From NCBI GenBank assembly GCA_964482225.1, contig CAYZWT010000019.1:3909-67908 (forward strand): a stretch of 64,000 nucleotides of DNA, in the 5' to 3' direction. Source of the stretch: an uncultured Anaerolineales bacterium (GTDB lineage Bacteria; Chloroflexota; Anaerolineae; UBA1429). The translations under genes were made by a program, and so were the position numbers. Positions 32,512 to 42,762 of this stretch are shown one piece after another (the stretch's first letter is position 1; every line of letters begins with the position of its first letter). The notes beneath the pieces were generated by a model. That model had not been told where the DNA came from. It did not search any database and saw only the letters and a program-made list of their open reading frames with translations.

Positions 32512-33750
32512 CTACGACGCCACAACCTCTCGCGCGATCTCGGCCCACCTCCAGAGGCGTTGCGGCGCATAGCGCACGGTGCTGATATCTTTGAGGATGA
32601 ACTCGAGCGGCGTCCCGCGCCGTTCGCAGGCCGCCCGCGTCTCTTCCAGATCGCGCCGGATCGCATCCTCGTCCAAGCTCTCGCCGGCCAGCAGAGCCGG
32701 GCTCGGCTTGCGGGAGAAGACATAGTCCCTACCAATGCCCTCAGCGCCCTTTTCCTGGTCAACCCAGGGGCTCATGGAGATCTTGCGTAGGTTGGGGATG
32801 GTGCGCAAGAGATCAAGCTTGCCGTCCAGCGGCTCACAGCAGCCATAGTACACCAGGCCAAAGCGGGCATACCAGGGCCGCACATAGTCCAGCTCGAACA
32901 GCTCGTGCATCTTGGGCGAGACCGAGGCAAAGATCTGGGCCATGCCGCAGGTCCACACATCCCTGGCACGTGGCCGCGCGGGGTCATAGCCGGGCGCCGG
33001 TAGCTCGTCGCTATAGGCGCCGGAGCAGTGGATCAACGCCTGCGGCTGCCCGAGCAGCCCCTGCTCCTCCAGTTGATCGAGCATCGAGGAATAGGCATCG
33101 GTCACGCGTCGCATCAGCCCGTGCGTGAACTCGGGCCGGACGGCCAGATCCAGCAGGGCGTTCTGGGCGCCGCGCCACTCGACAATGCGATCCCATAGGG
33201 CCAGCATCGGATGCAATCCTTGCATGCGCACCTCGAGGATGCCGCCCAGGAGCTCCTGGGCCTGCTCTTCGGTCCGGGCCGTGGCCTCTGCGTCCAGCGA
33301 GATGCGGGGCATCTGGATCTTGGCCAGGTCATCCTCGCTCTGGAGTTGGTCCAGGTAAAAGTGGCCCACCACATCGTTGGCCGGATCGGTCACCGCGCGC
33401 TGCTCGCTGGGCCGGATGCCCAGATCGGCGCCCAGGATCGTCTTGGGTAGCGAAATGTGGGGCTCGACGACCATATCCGCCCGCATATGCTCCCAGGAGT
33501 AGAGGGTTCGGCGGAGCTGGGTCTCGATCTCTCGGCAAAAGGGGTCCTCGGCCTGGGGTGCCAGCGAGCCATCCACATCCATCTCGTGCCAGGGGATCTG
33601 GTCAATCAAGACCATCGGCCGTGCAGGCGCCAAGCGGTTGAGAGCCTTCCAGAGCCGCACGGTCTCTTGTTGCACCGGCAACGCCGCGATCTCGGCCACG
33701 CGCCGGCCCAGTTCGCGCACGATCTCTTGGTCTCTGCGGCTGATCGGCAT
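32512..33750 (-). CDS. hypothetical protein, possibly URO-D/MtaA-like TIM-barrel
   Basis: 412-aa ORF from ATG 33750 (MPISRRDQEIVREL..). The C-terminal YYGCCEPL..ISMSPWVD pattern is reminiscent of uroporphyrinogen-decarboxylase-like proteins. Weak assignment. Confidence 0.5.
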   Translation of the reverse strand: MPISRRDQEIVRELGRRVAEIAALPVQQETVRLWKALNRLAPARPMVLIDQIPWHEMDVDGSLAPQAEDPFCREIETQLRRTLYSWEHMRADMVVEPHISLPKTILGADLGIRPSEQRAVTDPANDVVGHFYLDQLQSEDDLAKIQMPRISLDAEATARTEEQAQELLGGILEVRMQGLHPMLALWDRIVEWRGAQNALLDLAVRPEFTHGLMRRVTDAYSSMLDQLEEQGLLGQPQALIHCSGAYSDELPAPGYDPARPRARDVWTCGMAQIFASVSPKMHELFELDYVRPWYARFGLVYYGCCEPLDGKLDLLRTIPNLRKISMSPWVDQEKGAEGIGRDYVFSRKPSPALLAGESLDEDAIRRDLEETRAACERRGTPLEFILKDISTVRYAPQRLWRWAEIAREVVAS

Positions 33751-33782
33751 GGCGCCCCCTTGACATAGCGAACATGGGCAGG

Positions 33783-34808
33783 TCAGGGCGCGTTCACCTC
33801 GCGGCCTGCATAGTGGCTTTGATAGTAGGCTTGATAGTGCTCGCCCGACCTGATCTTGCGCCACCACCACTCGTTCTCGACATACCAGCGCACCGTAGCC
33901 TCCAGGGCGGCGTCGAAATCGTGGCGCGGGCGCCAGCCCAGGGCCTTGATCTTGCTCACGTTCAGGGCATAGCGCCGGTCGTGGCCCGGGCGGTCGGTGA
34001 TATGTTGCAGCAGCGATTCGGGCTTGCCCACCAGGGCCAACAGCTTGCGGGCCATGTCAATATTGCGCGTCTCGGCGCCGGTGCCCAGGTTATAGATCTC
34101 GCCCAGGGCGCCGCGCTGAAGCACCACGTCAATCCCCTCGCAGTGATCCTCCACATACTGGTAATCGCGCATCTGCAAGCCATCGCCATAGATGGGCAGG
34201 GGCTTGTCATCCAGGGCATTGGAGATGAACAGGGGGACGACTTTTTCCGGGTATTGGAAGGGGCCGATGCTGTTCGAGCCCCGGGTGATGGTGACGGGCA
34301 GCCCGAAACTGGTGTGATAGGCCAGCACCATCAGGTCGCCGCCCGCCTTGCTGGCCGAATAGGGGCTGCGGGTCTCGATCCGGTCGGTCTCGACCGAGGC
34401 GCCCTCCAACACCTGGCCGTACACCTCGTCGGTGCTCACCTGGTGATAGCGCTCCAGCCCCAGCTCTTTGGCGGCCTCTAGCAGGACAAAGGTGCCATAG
34501 ACGTCGGTCATGACGAAACTGCCCGCATCGGAGAGGGAGCGATCCACGTGGGTCTCGGCGGCAAAGTTGACGATGGTGTCAATCTCGTGGGCGCGGATCG
34601 TCTCGCGGACGGCCTCGGCATCGCAGATATCGCCCAGCACAAAGGCGTAGCGCGGGTTCTCGGCCAGGTCGGCCAGGTTGTCCGGATTGCCCGCATAGGT
34701 GAGCTTGTCATACACCACCACGCGATAGTCCGGATGCTGGCGGAGCATATAGCGCGCGAAATTGGAGCCGATGAACCCGGCCCCTCCGGTCACCAAGAGG
34801 TTCTTCAT
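33783..34808 (-). CDS. rfbB: dTDP-glucose 4,6-dehydratase
   Basis: MKNLLVTGGAGFIGSNF, STDEVYG, YSASKAGGD (YxxxK), and PGHDRRYA near the C-terminus. Confidence 0.92.
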   Translation of the reverse strand: MKNLLVTGGAGFIGSNFARYMLRQHPDYRVVVYDKLTYAGNPDNLADLAENPRYAFVLGDICDAEAVRETIRAHEIDTIVNFAAETHVDRSLSDAGSFVMTDVYGTFVLLEAAKELGLERYHQVSTDEVYGQVLEGASVETDRIETRSPYSASKAGGDLMVLAYHTSFGLPVTITRGSNSIGPFQYPEKVVPLFISNALDDKPLPIYGDGLQMRDYQYVEDHCEGIDVVLQRGALGEIYNLGTGAETRNIDMARKLLALVGKPESLLQHITDRPGHDRRYALNVSKIKALGWRPRHDFDAALEATVRWYVENEWWWRKIRSGEHYQAYYQSHYAGREVNAP

Positions 34809-34910
34809 GCTTGGTTGCCTCCCGAACTCGTATGTACAGGCCACGTCGCCAGCTCTCAGACGCGCAGGACAGGGCTTTCGTTCCCACGGCGGCGCCCCGT
34901 CGCAGAGGGC

Positions 34911-35681
34911 CTAGTCGTCCAGATCGAGCGCCTCTGCAGGGGATTCGGCTACGCTCTGGGGATCGGGCTGGCGGGCCTCTAGATAGATCTCGCCAAAGAG
35001 CTGTTCTTGCACGGCGCGCAGCCGCTGCTGCTTGATCAGCTCCAACATGGCCAAAAAGGTGACAATCACCTCTAGCCGGCTGCGGGCCCCGCGCATCAGG
35101 GTGCTAAAGCGGGCGCGGCGGTAGCGGGCCACCCGGTCCAGGATGCGCTCGATGCACTCGCCGATGTGCACCGTCAGCGGCGCCACCACCCCATCCACCG
35201 GTTGGGCCTCGGGATGGGCCTCTAGCACCTGGCGAAAGGCGGCCACCAGATCGGCCACGCTGGCCTCGCCCGGGGCGAGGCGCTTTTCGATGCGGGGCAG
35301 GGGCGCGGCCCGGGGGTAGGTGCGCAAGCCCGTCTCCTCGATGGCGCGCAGCCGGGCCGCCGTATCCTTGTAGCGCTTGTACTCGCGCAACTGGAACACC
35401 AGGTCGTCCTCGGCCTCGGGCTCTTCCTCCTCGCCCTCGGCGTCCTCCGGGCGCGGCAGCAGCACCCGCGATTTGATCACCAGCAGCCGCCCGGCGATCT
35501 GCAGGAAATCGGCCAACTGGGCGGCCGTGCGTTGCTGCATCTCGGCCAGGTGCGCCAGGTATTGATCTGTCACCACGGCCAGCGAGACCAGCGTGATATC
35601 CAGCTCCTCACGTTGGATCAACCTGAGCAGCAGTTCCAGCGGGCCATGAAAGATCTCGAGTTCCACCTGATAGGACGTCAT
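34911..35681 (-). CDS. scpA: segregation and condensation protein A
   Basis: VELEIFHGPLELLLRLIQREELDITLVSLAVVTDQYL at the N-terminus. 256 aa with a winged-helix C-terminus. Confidence 0.88.
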   Translation of the reverse strand: MTSYQVELEIFHGPLELLLRLIQREELDITLVSLAVVTDQYLAHLAEMQQRTAAQLADFLQIAGRLLVIKSRVLLPRPEDAEGEEEEPEAEDDLVFQLREYKRYKDTAARLRAIEETGLRTYPRAAPLPRIEKRLAPGEASVADLVAAFRQVLEAHPEAQPVDGVVAPLTVHIGECIERILDRVARYRRARFSTLMRGARSRLEVIVTFLAMLELIKQQRLRAVQEQLFGEIYLEARQPDPQSVAESPAEALDLDD

Positions 35682-35814
35682 GCTCTCCTCTCACCCGGGC
35701 GGATTCTAGCGCAAAGGGGCGTCGCTGTCCATCCGGCAGAGCCGATGGCGTCTGTTCAGATTTGGGGGATGAGATCATGACCCCGCGCTGACAGCTATGT
35801 GCGCTCAAGACGCT

Positions 35815-35837
35815 GGAGGGCGGGCGTCTCGCCCGCC
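35815..35837. repeat. GC-rich hairpin element, family 2
   Basis: GGAGGGCGGGCGTCTCGCCCGCC (8-bp stem GGCGGGCG/CGCCCGCC). It is identical to the 23-mer at 49339-49361, and a loop variant lies at 49001-49023. Confidence 0.85.
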
Positions 35838-36247
35838 TATGCTGCTTGGAGCGTCACGGGCAAGACGCCCGCGCCACAAGCTTACCCGCCGCTGTCGCCT
35901 AGTGTTCGTCGCTTCCCGCCAATTTCGTGCTGATACGTCCCGTGTTGCCGCCAGGACCGTGCCCACTTTTGTTGTGCGTCGTGTTCGCCCATGGCTACCG
36001 TGCAGTTGGCGGGAAAGGGTAATCGGGCAGGACAGGCACGCTTGTCAGCAGCCAAACCTGGCGGCCCTGAAGGCTACAGAAGCGCAATAGACAGTAATGC
36101 CGTCGAGCATACTGCCTGGGCACATCCCCCGATTTCGCCGCTCCTGCAAGGGCACGGTGCACGAGAGCCAGTTTCCGGAATCCGCAAGGCAACGTACAAT
36201 GGACTCAGACGCCCGTTCACAGTCCAGCGCGATAGGGAGGCACGGTC

Positions 36248-38668
36248 ATGGCCAGAGTACAGAGAACGATCAACCGGGGTTGGAAGTTCCACCGGAGGGA
36301 CTGCCCCGATGCCTGGTTCAAAGGGTTCGATGAGGGCGCCTGGGCCGATGTCACCCTCCCCCATGATTGGGCCGTAACGGAGCCCTTTAGCCAAGAGCAC
36401 TCTAGCGGCGGCGGGTATCTCGCCGGCGGCGTAGGGTGGTATCGAGGCAGATTCACCCTGCCCGAAGCCTGTCGGGGTAAAAAGGTCTGGATCGTTTTCG
36501 ATGGCGTGTACAACAATGCCCAGGTGTGGGCCAACAGCTACTATCTGGGCAAGTGGCCCTATGGCTATACCACCTTTGCCCATGATATCTCCCACGCCGC
36601 CCGCTTTGGCGAGGATGAGAACCAGGTGAGCGTGCGCGTCGAGCACGCCCACACTGCCGACTCGCGCTGGTTCACCGGCTCGGGCATCTATCGCAAGGTC
36701 AGCGTGTTGGTCAAGGAGCCGGTCTATATTGACCAATACGGCGTCTTTTTCACGACGCCCGAGGTCAGCGCCGATTCAGCGCAGATCCACGTGGCGAATA
36801 CCCTGGTCAACGAGACGGCAGAGCCGGTGTGCGGCGCGGTTCGCAACACCCTCAAGGGGCCTGATGGCCGGGCCGTAGCCGTGATAGAGAGCGTCTGCGA
36901 GATCCCGGCGGGGGAGAGCGTGTGTGTGGCGCAAGAAACGATGGTAGACAAGCCTCTGCTCTGGAGCCCCGAGCATCCCCACCTGTACACCCTGGTCACC
37001 GAGATGGCGGTGGATGGGGACCTCATGGATAGCGAGGAAAGCCGTGTGGGCATCCGGTCTTGCCGCTTTGACGCCGACGAAGGGTTTTTCCTGAACGGCG
37101 CCAATATCAAGCTCAAGGGGGTTTGCGTCCACCACGATGCGGGGTGCCTGGGGGCCGCCGTGCATCCCAAGGTTTGGCGTCGTCGCCTGGAGCTCCTCAA
37201 GGCCGCGGGCTGCAACGCCATCCGCATGAGCCACAACCCCCACATGCCCGAGCTATACGACCTGTGCGACGAGATGGGACTCATGGTGATTGACGAGGCC
37301 TTTGACGAGTGGGAAGGCCCCAAGAACAAGTGGTGGCAGGGGCACAACGTCTACCCGCCCAAGCTCTATGGCTATTTTGAGGATTTCCCCGCCTGGCACG
37401 AGCGCGACCTGAGCCTGCTGGTGCGGCGCGACCGCAACCACCCCAGTGTGATTCTGTGGTCCATCGGCAACGAGATAGATTACCCCAACGATCCCTATGG
37501 TCACCCCACCTTTGAGAGCATGATGGGGAACAACGACGCCAACAAGCCCGCCGCCGAGCGCCGCTATAGCCCGGACAAGCCCAATGCCGAACGGCTGGCG
37601 CCCCTGGCGCAGCGGCTCAAGGCGATTGTCAAACAGTGGGATACAACGCGACCGGTGACGGCGGCGGTGGCCTTTCCCGAGCTTTCCAACCTCACCGGCT
37701 ATTGCGATACGTTGGACGTGTGTGGCTACAACTACAAAGAGCAATGGTACGCCGAGGATCATGCGCAGTACCCGAACCGGCCCTTGCTGGGCAGCGAGAA
37801 CGGGCATCACTATGCCGCATGGCTCGCGGTGCGCGATAACCCATTCATTTCCGGCCAGTTCCTCTGGACGGGGATTGACTACCTGGGCGAGGCGCGCGGC
37901 TGGCCCATCCACGGCTCCGGCGCCGGCCTGCTCACCACAGCCGGTTTCCCCAAGGCCCAGTATTGGTTCCGCCGCAGCCTGTGGGCCGATGAGCCCGTGG
38001 TCCACCTGGCGACCTCGCGCCACGAGGATGAGGATTCTCCGCTGCTGCGGGGGACGCCCATCCAGTGGCAGCGCTACATCCGGCGCGCGTTGGAGGCCCC
38101 ATCGTGGAGCTATGCGCCGGGCGACCTGGTGGATATCACCTGCTACACCAACTGCCCCGAGGCAGAGCTGTTCCTCAACGGCGCCTCCCAGGGCGTCCGC
38201 CGCCTGGCTGATTTCCCGGAAGAAGGGTGCATCACCTGGCAGGTCCCCTTTGCGGCGGGCGCCCTGGAAGTGGCAGCGACGGCGGCGGACGGAAGCAGGA
38301 TCGCAAGCCAACTATTCACCACAGGGGCCGCCGCCGCGCTCCAGGCCCGGGTGTTTGGCGACGTCGCTATCCAGGCCGATGGCGAGGATATCGCCCAAAT
38401 CGAGATTGCGGTGGTGGATGGCGACGGCCGCCTTGTGGCCAACGCCTCCGATATGGTGGGCGTCATGGTCGAGGGCGCTGCGACGCTGCTGGGCATTGAC
38501 AATGGCGACCTGGCCGACAACACGCCCTTTTTCGCGACAGAGCGCCGCGCCTACCAGGGGCGCCTGATCGCCTACGTCCGCTCCAACGGGCAGGCCGGGC
38601 CGATCACGGTCTACTGCCACGGGCGGGGGGCGCTCAAACCTGTGGAGGTTGGGCTAACGGCCCTGTAA
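36248..38668 (+). CDS. glycoside hydrolase family 2 (beta-galactosidase/glucuronidase-like)
   Basis: Sugar-binding N-domain, NGANIKLKGVCVHHD, NAIRMSHNP, acid/base PSVILWSIGNE, and Ig-like C-terminal domains. No signal peptide. Confidence 0.88.
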   Translation: MARVQRTINRGWKFHRRDCPDAWFKGFDEGAWADVTLPHDWAVTEPFSQEHSSGGGYLAGGVGWYRGRFTLPEACRGKKVWIVFDGVYNNAQVWANSYYLGKWPYGYTTFAHDISHAARFGEDENQVSVRVEHAHTADSRWFTGSGIYRKVSVLVKEPVYIDQYGVFFTTPEVSADSAQIHVANTLVNETAEPVCGAVRNTLKGPDGRAVAVIESVCEIPAGESVCVAQETMVDKPLLWSPEHPHLYTLVTEMAVDGDLMDSEESRVGIRSCRFDADEGFFLNGANIKLKGVCVHHDAGCLGAAVHPKVWRRRLELLKAAGCNAIRMSHNPHMPELYDLCDEMGLMVIDEAFDEWEGPKNKWWQGHNVYPPKLYGYFEDFPAWHERDLSLLVRRDRNHPSVILWSIGNEIDYPNDPYGHPTFESMMGNNDANKPAAERRYSPDKPNAERLAPLAQRLKAIVKQWDTTRPVTAAVAFPELSNLTGYCDTLDVCGYNYKEQWYAEDHAQYPNRPLLGSENGHHYAAWLAVRDNPFISGQFLWTGIDYLGEARGWPIHGSGAGLLTTAGFPKAQYWFRRSLWADEPVVHLATSRHEDEDSPLLRGTPIQWQRYIRRALEAPSWSYAPGDLVDITCYTNCPEAELFLNGASQGVRRLADFPEEGCITWQVPFAAGALEVAATAADGSRIASQLFTTGAAAALQARVFGDVAIQADGEDIAQIEIAVVDGDGRLVANASDMVGVMVEGAATLLGIDNGDLADNTPFFATERRAYQGRLIAYVRSNGQAGPITVYCHGRGALKPVEVGLTAL

Positions 38669-38732
38669 TAACGTCATTGCCTGGTGCGCAGCGATGCCTA
38701 CGGCCGACGCCCCGTGCAGCCAGCCTTTGGCG

Positions 38733-38761
38733 TTGCCACCCCCTGGCTCCTGTGCTATCAT
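38733..38761 (+). promoter_or_regulatory. candidate promoter of the second M50 protease gene
   Basis: TTGCCA-17 nt-TATCAT with a TG at the extended -10 position, 22 nt upstream of ATG 38783. Confidence 0.5.
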
Positions 38762-38782
38762 CTAGCGCAATAGGGGAACAGG

Positions 38783-39898
38783 ATGAACCATCGGCCTGAC
38801 ATGCTTGCGCACAACGACGATCTGGACTGGATCACGCCCTTGCTGCGTGGCATCTTTCAAGTGCAGGATGTCACCGTCGGAGCGCTGGGCGGCGCGGCCA
38901 CGCGCCTGCGGGGCCGCTTCCTCGTGCCCTCCGAGCGCGCCTATGGCGCCCTGGCGCCCGCTTTTGAGGCCCACGGGCGCACGCTGCTGCTGCGCCATGA
39001 ACAAGGCCAGGACGTGATCTATGGCCTGTACGGCGTCCACCGGCCCACGCCCAACAACCGCTGGTTGCCTCCTGTGCTGGCCCTGCTCACCGTGATTTCG
39101 ATCCTGGGCACCTATCTGTTGATGTACGGCATGGAAGAGCTCACCTGGGCCAGCGCCCGCGCCGGGCTGGGCCAGGCGGCCCAGTTCACCCTGGCCCTGG
39201 TGGTCGTTCTGTTGGCTCACGAGATGGGCCACTATCTGGCAGCCCGCCGCCTGGGCCTGGCCGTCACCCTGCCCTACTTGATCCCCTTTCCCTTCAGCCC
39301 TTTTGGGACGATGGGAGCGGTGATCCGCATGAAGGACATCCCGCCCAACAAGCGCGCCATGCTGCTCACGGGCGCCGCAGGCCCCCTGGCGGGCCTGGCC
39401 GTCACCCTGCCCATCCTGATCGTGGGGCTGCTGCTCTCCGAGGTGCGCGCCCTGCCCGCCTCCGGCAGCTATATCGTCGAGGGCAACTCGCTCCTCTATC
39501 TGTTGGCCAAGTACCTGGTGCATGGCGAGTGGCTGCCCTCTGCCACCCACGATCTGTTCATGCACCCGTTGGCCTTTGCCAGTTGGGCCGGCTTGCTGGT
39601 CACTTCTTTCAACCTGATCCCCGCCGGGCAACTGGATGGCGGCCATATCGCCTATGCCTGGCTGGGCAGCAAGGCGCGCTACCTGACCTGGGGCATCATC
39701 GCGCTGCTGGCGGGGCTCGGCTTTGTGTGGCCCGGCTGGTTCCTGTGGGCCGGGCTGATCTTTGTCCTGGCGCGAACCCAGCAAGAGCCCCTGGATAGCA
39801 TCACGCCCCTGAGGCGGCGCGACATCGCCATCGCCATCGGGCTGCTGGTGGTCCTGGTGCTCACATTCACGCCCATGCCGTTGCGCTTTATCAACTAG
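38783..39898 (+). CDS. site-2 protease family (M50) metalloprotease
   Basis: LLAHEMGHYLAARR (HExxH) and NLIPAGQLDGGHI. Polytopic. Confidence 0.85.
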   Translation: MNHRPDMLAHNDDLDWITPLLRGIFQVQDVTVGALGGAATRLRGRFLVPSERAYGALAPAFEAHGRTLLLRHEQGQDVIYGLYGVHRPTPNNRWLPPVLALLTVISILGTYLLMYGMEELTWASARAGLGQAAQFTLALVVVLLAHEMGHYLAARRLGLAVTLPYLIPFPFSPFGTMGAVIRMKDIPPNKRAMLLTGAAGPLAGLAVTLPILIVGLLLSEVRALPASGSYIVEGNSLLYLLAKYLVHGEWLPSATHDLFMHPLAFASWAGLLVTSFNLIPAGQLDGGHIAYAWLGSKARYLTWGIIALLAGLGFVWPGWFLWAGLIFVLARTQQEPLDSITPLRRRDIAIAIGLLVVLVLTFTPMPLRFIN

Positions 39899-39934
39899 CC
39901 AATTCGGACCTGCGTCGAATACAGAAGGTGGACC

Positions 39935-41704
39935 ATGCTCAACCGCTCGCCCATGTGGAAGACCGCTCTGATCGGCATCGCCGCCGCGATCCTGGTCATC
40001 GCCGGGCTGGCCATCGTGATCTGGGTGACCGTAGCCCGGGAGCGCATCGCCGCGCCCGAGCCCACACCTGCCTGGACGCTAACCCCGCGCGCCTCGGCCA
40101 CCCTCGATCTCACGGCAACATTGGAACCCTCGGCCACGCCCATCCCGCCGGATGCTGCCCTGGGCATCGTGCAGGACTATACACCGGGCGCCCTGATCAT
40201 CGTCATCACCCCCGTCCAGGGCAGTGTGAACCAGATCATCGTGCCGGAGAACCTCCAGGTATCCTGGGAGGACGGGCGCCGTGCCTCGCCCAGCGAGATC
40301 ATGCGCGGGCAAACGATCTACGCCGAGGGGTCGCTGGACGCCCTGGGGCGCTTGGTGGCCGCCTCGATCGTGATCATTGACCCGGGCGCCGCCGCCACGG
40401 CCACGCCGCCGCCCACCGGGACGCCCACCGTGGGCCCCACGCCCACGCCATCCATCCCACGGCGGGCCTGGCTGGGCGAGTACTATGCCAACATGAACCT
40501 GAGCGGCGCGCCGGTGCTGACGCGCCAGGATGCCGAGATAGATTTTCAGTGGGGCACCGGCTCGCCCGGCCCCAACGTGCCCGCCGACCGCTTTTCGGCG
40601 CGTTGGCGCGGCTATTGGCCCTTTGAGGGCGGCGTGCACAACTTTGTGGCCTATTCCGATGACGGCGTGCGCATCTGGGTGGATGGCCAGTTGGTCGTGG
40701 ATCAGTGGGTAGACCAATCCGGGGCCTTTGCCACAGGCCAGGTCTATCTCCAGAGCGGCGATCACCTGGTCGAAGTCGAGTACTATGAGAACGCCCAGCG
40801 GGCCGAGATCCGCGTCACCTGGGAACTGCAAGGCGCTTTTGATAACTGGAAGGGCGAGTACTTTGACAACACGGCGCTGCAAGGCGAGCCTGTGTTGGTG
40901 CGCAATGATGAAGAGATCAGCTTTAACTGGGGCGCCGGTTCGCCGCATCCCCAGGTGCCGGCGGATAGTTTCAGCGTGCGCTGGACCCAGGAGATCACCT
41001 TTGAAGAAGGGGCCTATCGCTTTCGGGCGCGGGCCGATGATGGCGTGCGCGTCTGGGTGGCCAATAGCCTGCTCATTGATGCCTGGCAGCCCAACATTGA
41101 CCAGACCTTTACCGGCTATATCTGGCTGCCCCAGGGAACGCACCCGGTGCGCATCGAGTATTTCGAGATGGGCGGCAACGCCTCGATCCAGGTGTGGCGC
41201 GAGCATATCACCACCTTTGCCAACTGGCGGGGCGAGTACTATACCAACCCCGATCTGGCGGGCAACCCGCGCTTTGTGCGCGATGACGAAAAGATTGACT
41301 TTGACTGGGGGCAGGGATCGCCGGGGCATGGCCTGCCCAACGACGGCTACTCGGCGCGCTGGACGCGGCGCGTGCAACTGAACGCCGGGCGCTATAATCT
41401 CTGGGCCATTGCTGACGATGGCGTGCGGGTGTATGTCAACGGGCGTCTGGTCATTGATGCCTGGCGCGATTCGGGCGCCGAGCGGTACGATGGCGCCATA
41501 GACCTGGAAACCGGCGAGCATCGCATCGTGGTCGAATACTATGAGCGCATTGGGATGGCCGTGATCCAGTTCGGCTGGGAGTGGATTCCGCCCGCCACGG
41601 CCACACCCACGCCCACCCCAACGGCGACGCCGACAGCTACGCCGACAGCTACGCCTACGGCGACCGAGACGCCGACGTTGACGCCCACCACGCCAACGCC
41701 CTAG
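39935..41704 (+). CDS. membrane-anchored protein with three PA14 domains and Thr/Pro-rich tail
   Basis: N-terminal [23 protein letters not shown]. Three repeats start W(L/K/R)GEY(Y/F).N and contain DDGVR(I/V)(W/Y)V. The C-terminus is [33 protein letters not shown]. Confidence 0.85.
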   Translation: MLNRSPMWKTALIGIAAAILVIAGLAIVIWVTVARERIAAPEPTPAWTLTPRASATLDLTATLEPSATPIPPDAALGIVQDYTPGALIIVITPVQGSVNQIIVPENLQVSWEDGRRASPSEIMRGQTIYAEGSLDALGRLVAASIVIIDPGAAATATPPPTGTPTVGPTPTPSIPRRAWLGEYYANMNLSGAPVLTRQDAEIDFQWGTGSPGPNVPADRFSARWRGYWPFEGGVHNFVAYSDDGVRIWVDGQLVVDQWVDQSGAFATGQVYLQSGDHLVEVEYYENAQRAEIRVTWELQGAFDNWKGEYFDNTALQGEPVLVRNDEEISFNWGAGSPHPQVPADSFSVRWTQEITFEEGAYRFRARADDGVRVWVANSLLIDAWQPNIDQTFTGYIWLPQGTHPVRIEYFEMGGNASIQVWREHITTFANWRGEYYTNPDLAGNPRFVRDDEKIDFDWGQGSPGHGLPNDGYSARWTRRVQLNAGRYNLWAIADDGVRVYVNGRLVIDAWRDSGAERYDGAIDLETGEHRIVVEYYERIGMAVIQFGWEWIPPATATPTPTPTATPTATPTATPTATETPTLTPTTPTP

Positions 41705-41722
41705 CGCGCTCGGTCTTGGAAC

Positions 41723-41760
41723 TCTCGCGCCACGCTTCTGAGCGTCAGGAGCGCGGAGAC
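41723..41760 (+). repeat. GC-rich palindromic intergenic element, family 1
   Basis: TCTCGCGCCACGCTTCTGAGCGTCAGGAGCGCGGAGAC, with inner hairpin ACGCT-TCTG-AGCGT. Confidence 0.7.
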
Positions 41761-41768
41761 GCAGAAAT

Positions 41769-41803
41769 GGCAAAGTACGGTGGCTCTGCCACCGTACTTT
41801 GCC
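41769..41803 (+). terminator. 15-bp perfect hairpin downstream of the PA14 gene
   Basis: GGCAAAGTACGGTGG-CTCTG-CCACCGTACTTTGCC. No clear U-tract follows. Confidence 0.55.
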
Positions 41804-41830
41804 CACTCGATCTATTTCTGAGGTACATCC

Positions 41831-42736
41831 GTGAAAAGAGAACACCGACCCACTCGCTTCTATAACACCTTTGGCCCCCACGCCCCGGCCCTGACGCTGG
41901 ATGACGGCGATATCCTGGTCGTCGAGACGCTGGACTCGCGGGGGCGCAACGGCCACATGGAGACGGTGGCCGCTCCCTCGAACCCCCTCTCGGGGCCCTT
42001 TTATGTGCGGGGCGCCGAGCCGGGCGACGCCCTGGAGGTGGAGATTCTAGAGTTGCGCCCCAACCGGGCCTATGGCTACTGCGGCACCTCCGTGGCTGAG
42101 CACGTGGTGGAACCCGCCCATGTGCGCCAACTGCCCCCGCGCGAACTGGCCGCCTGGGAGGTGGATGCAGCGGCCTGGACGGCTACCCTGACCGAGCCGG
42201 ACACCAAACTTGGGCGCTTGACCCTGCCGCTGGACCCCATGCTGGGCTGCATCGGCGTCGCCCCCAAGGGCGGGCAGGCCATCTCCTCGGCCACCTCGGC
42301 GGAGCACGGCGGCAACATGGACTATCGCGGCTACCGCAAGGGCGTCACGGCCCTGTTCCCCGTGTTCGAGCCCGGGGCGCTGCTCTTTGTGGGTGATGGC
42401 CACGCCGTCCAGGGCGATGGCGAGATCGTAGGCATGGGCATCGAGATCTCGATGGAGGCCGAGCTGCGGGTGCGTGTGCGCAAGGGCGCGGGGCTCCGCT
42501 GGCCCCGGGGCTATACCGACCAGTACCTCTTTGCCGTGGGCAATGCCCGCCCCCTGGATCAGGCCCTCCAACACGCCACCACCGAGCTGCTGGCCTGGCT
42601 GGAGGATGACTATGGGCTGGACCCTGTGGCCGCCAGCATCCTGTTGGGCCAGTGCATCCGCTACGACATCGGCAATGTGTTCGATCCGGCCTATACCGTG
42701 GTCGCCCGGATCGCGCGCGCGCTGCTGCCCGCATGA
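41831..42736 (+). CDS. acetamidase/formamidase family protein
   Basis: 301 aa. GGNMDYRGYRKG and FVGDGHAVQGDGEI motifs typical of the FmdA/AmdA family. GTG start after GAGGT. Confidence 0.85.
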   Translation: MKREHRPTRFYNTFGPHAPALTLDDGDILVVETLDSRGRNGHMETVAAPSNPLSGPFYVRGAEPGDALEVEILELRPNRAYGYCGTSVAEHVVEPAHVRQLPPRELAAWEVDAAAWTATLTEPDTKLGRLTLPLDPMLGCIGVAPKGGQAISSATSAEHGGNMDYRGYRKGVTALFPVFEPGALLFVGDGHAVQGDGEIVGMGIEISMEAELRVRVRKGAGLRWPRGYTDQYLFAVGNARPLDQALQHATTELLAWLEDDYGLDPVAASILLGQCIRYDIGNVFDPAYTVVARIARALLPA

Positions 42737-42762
42737 ATGCCAACCGGGCCGGGGGTTGACCC

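Noticed and set aside
35682-36247. 565-bp scpA-GH2 intergenic region as a hidden gene or known structured RNA (SRP RNA, RNase P, tmRNA, 6S, riboswitch)
   Set aside because: The only ORF (35797..36090) is Arg-rich noise. I could not find conserved cores of those RNAs (for example GAGGAAAGTCC, or the tmRNA tag plus CCA end). The content is better explained by family-2 repeats plus a weak TACAAT promoter for the GH2 gene.
41590-41700. Short tandem DNA repeats (ACGCCGACAGCT x2 and similar; also 51080-51340) as a possible CRISPR or VNTR
   Set aside because: They lie inside ORFs and encode Thr/Pro/Ala linker regions. They have no spacer-repeat organisation.
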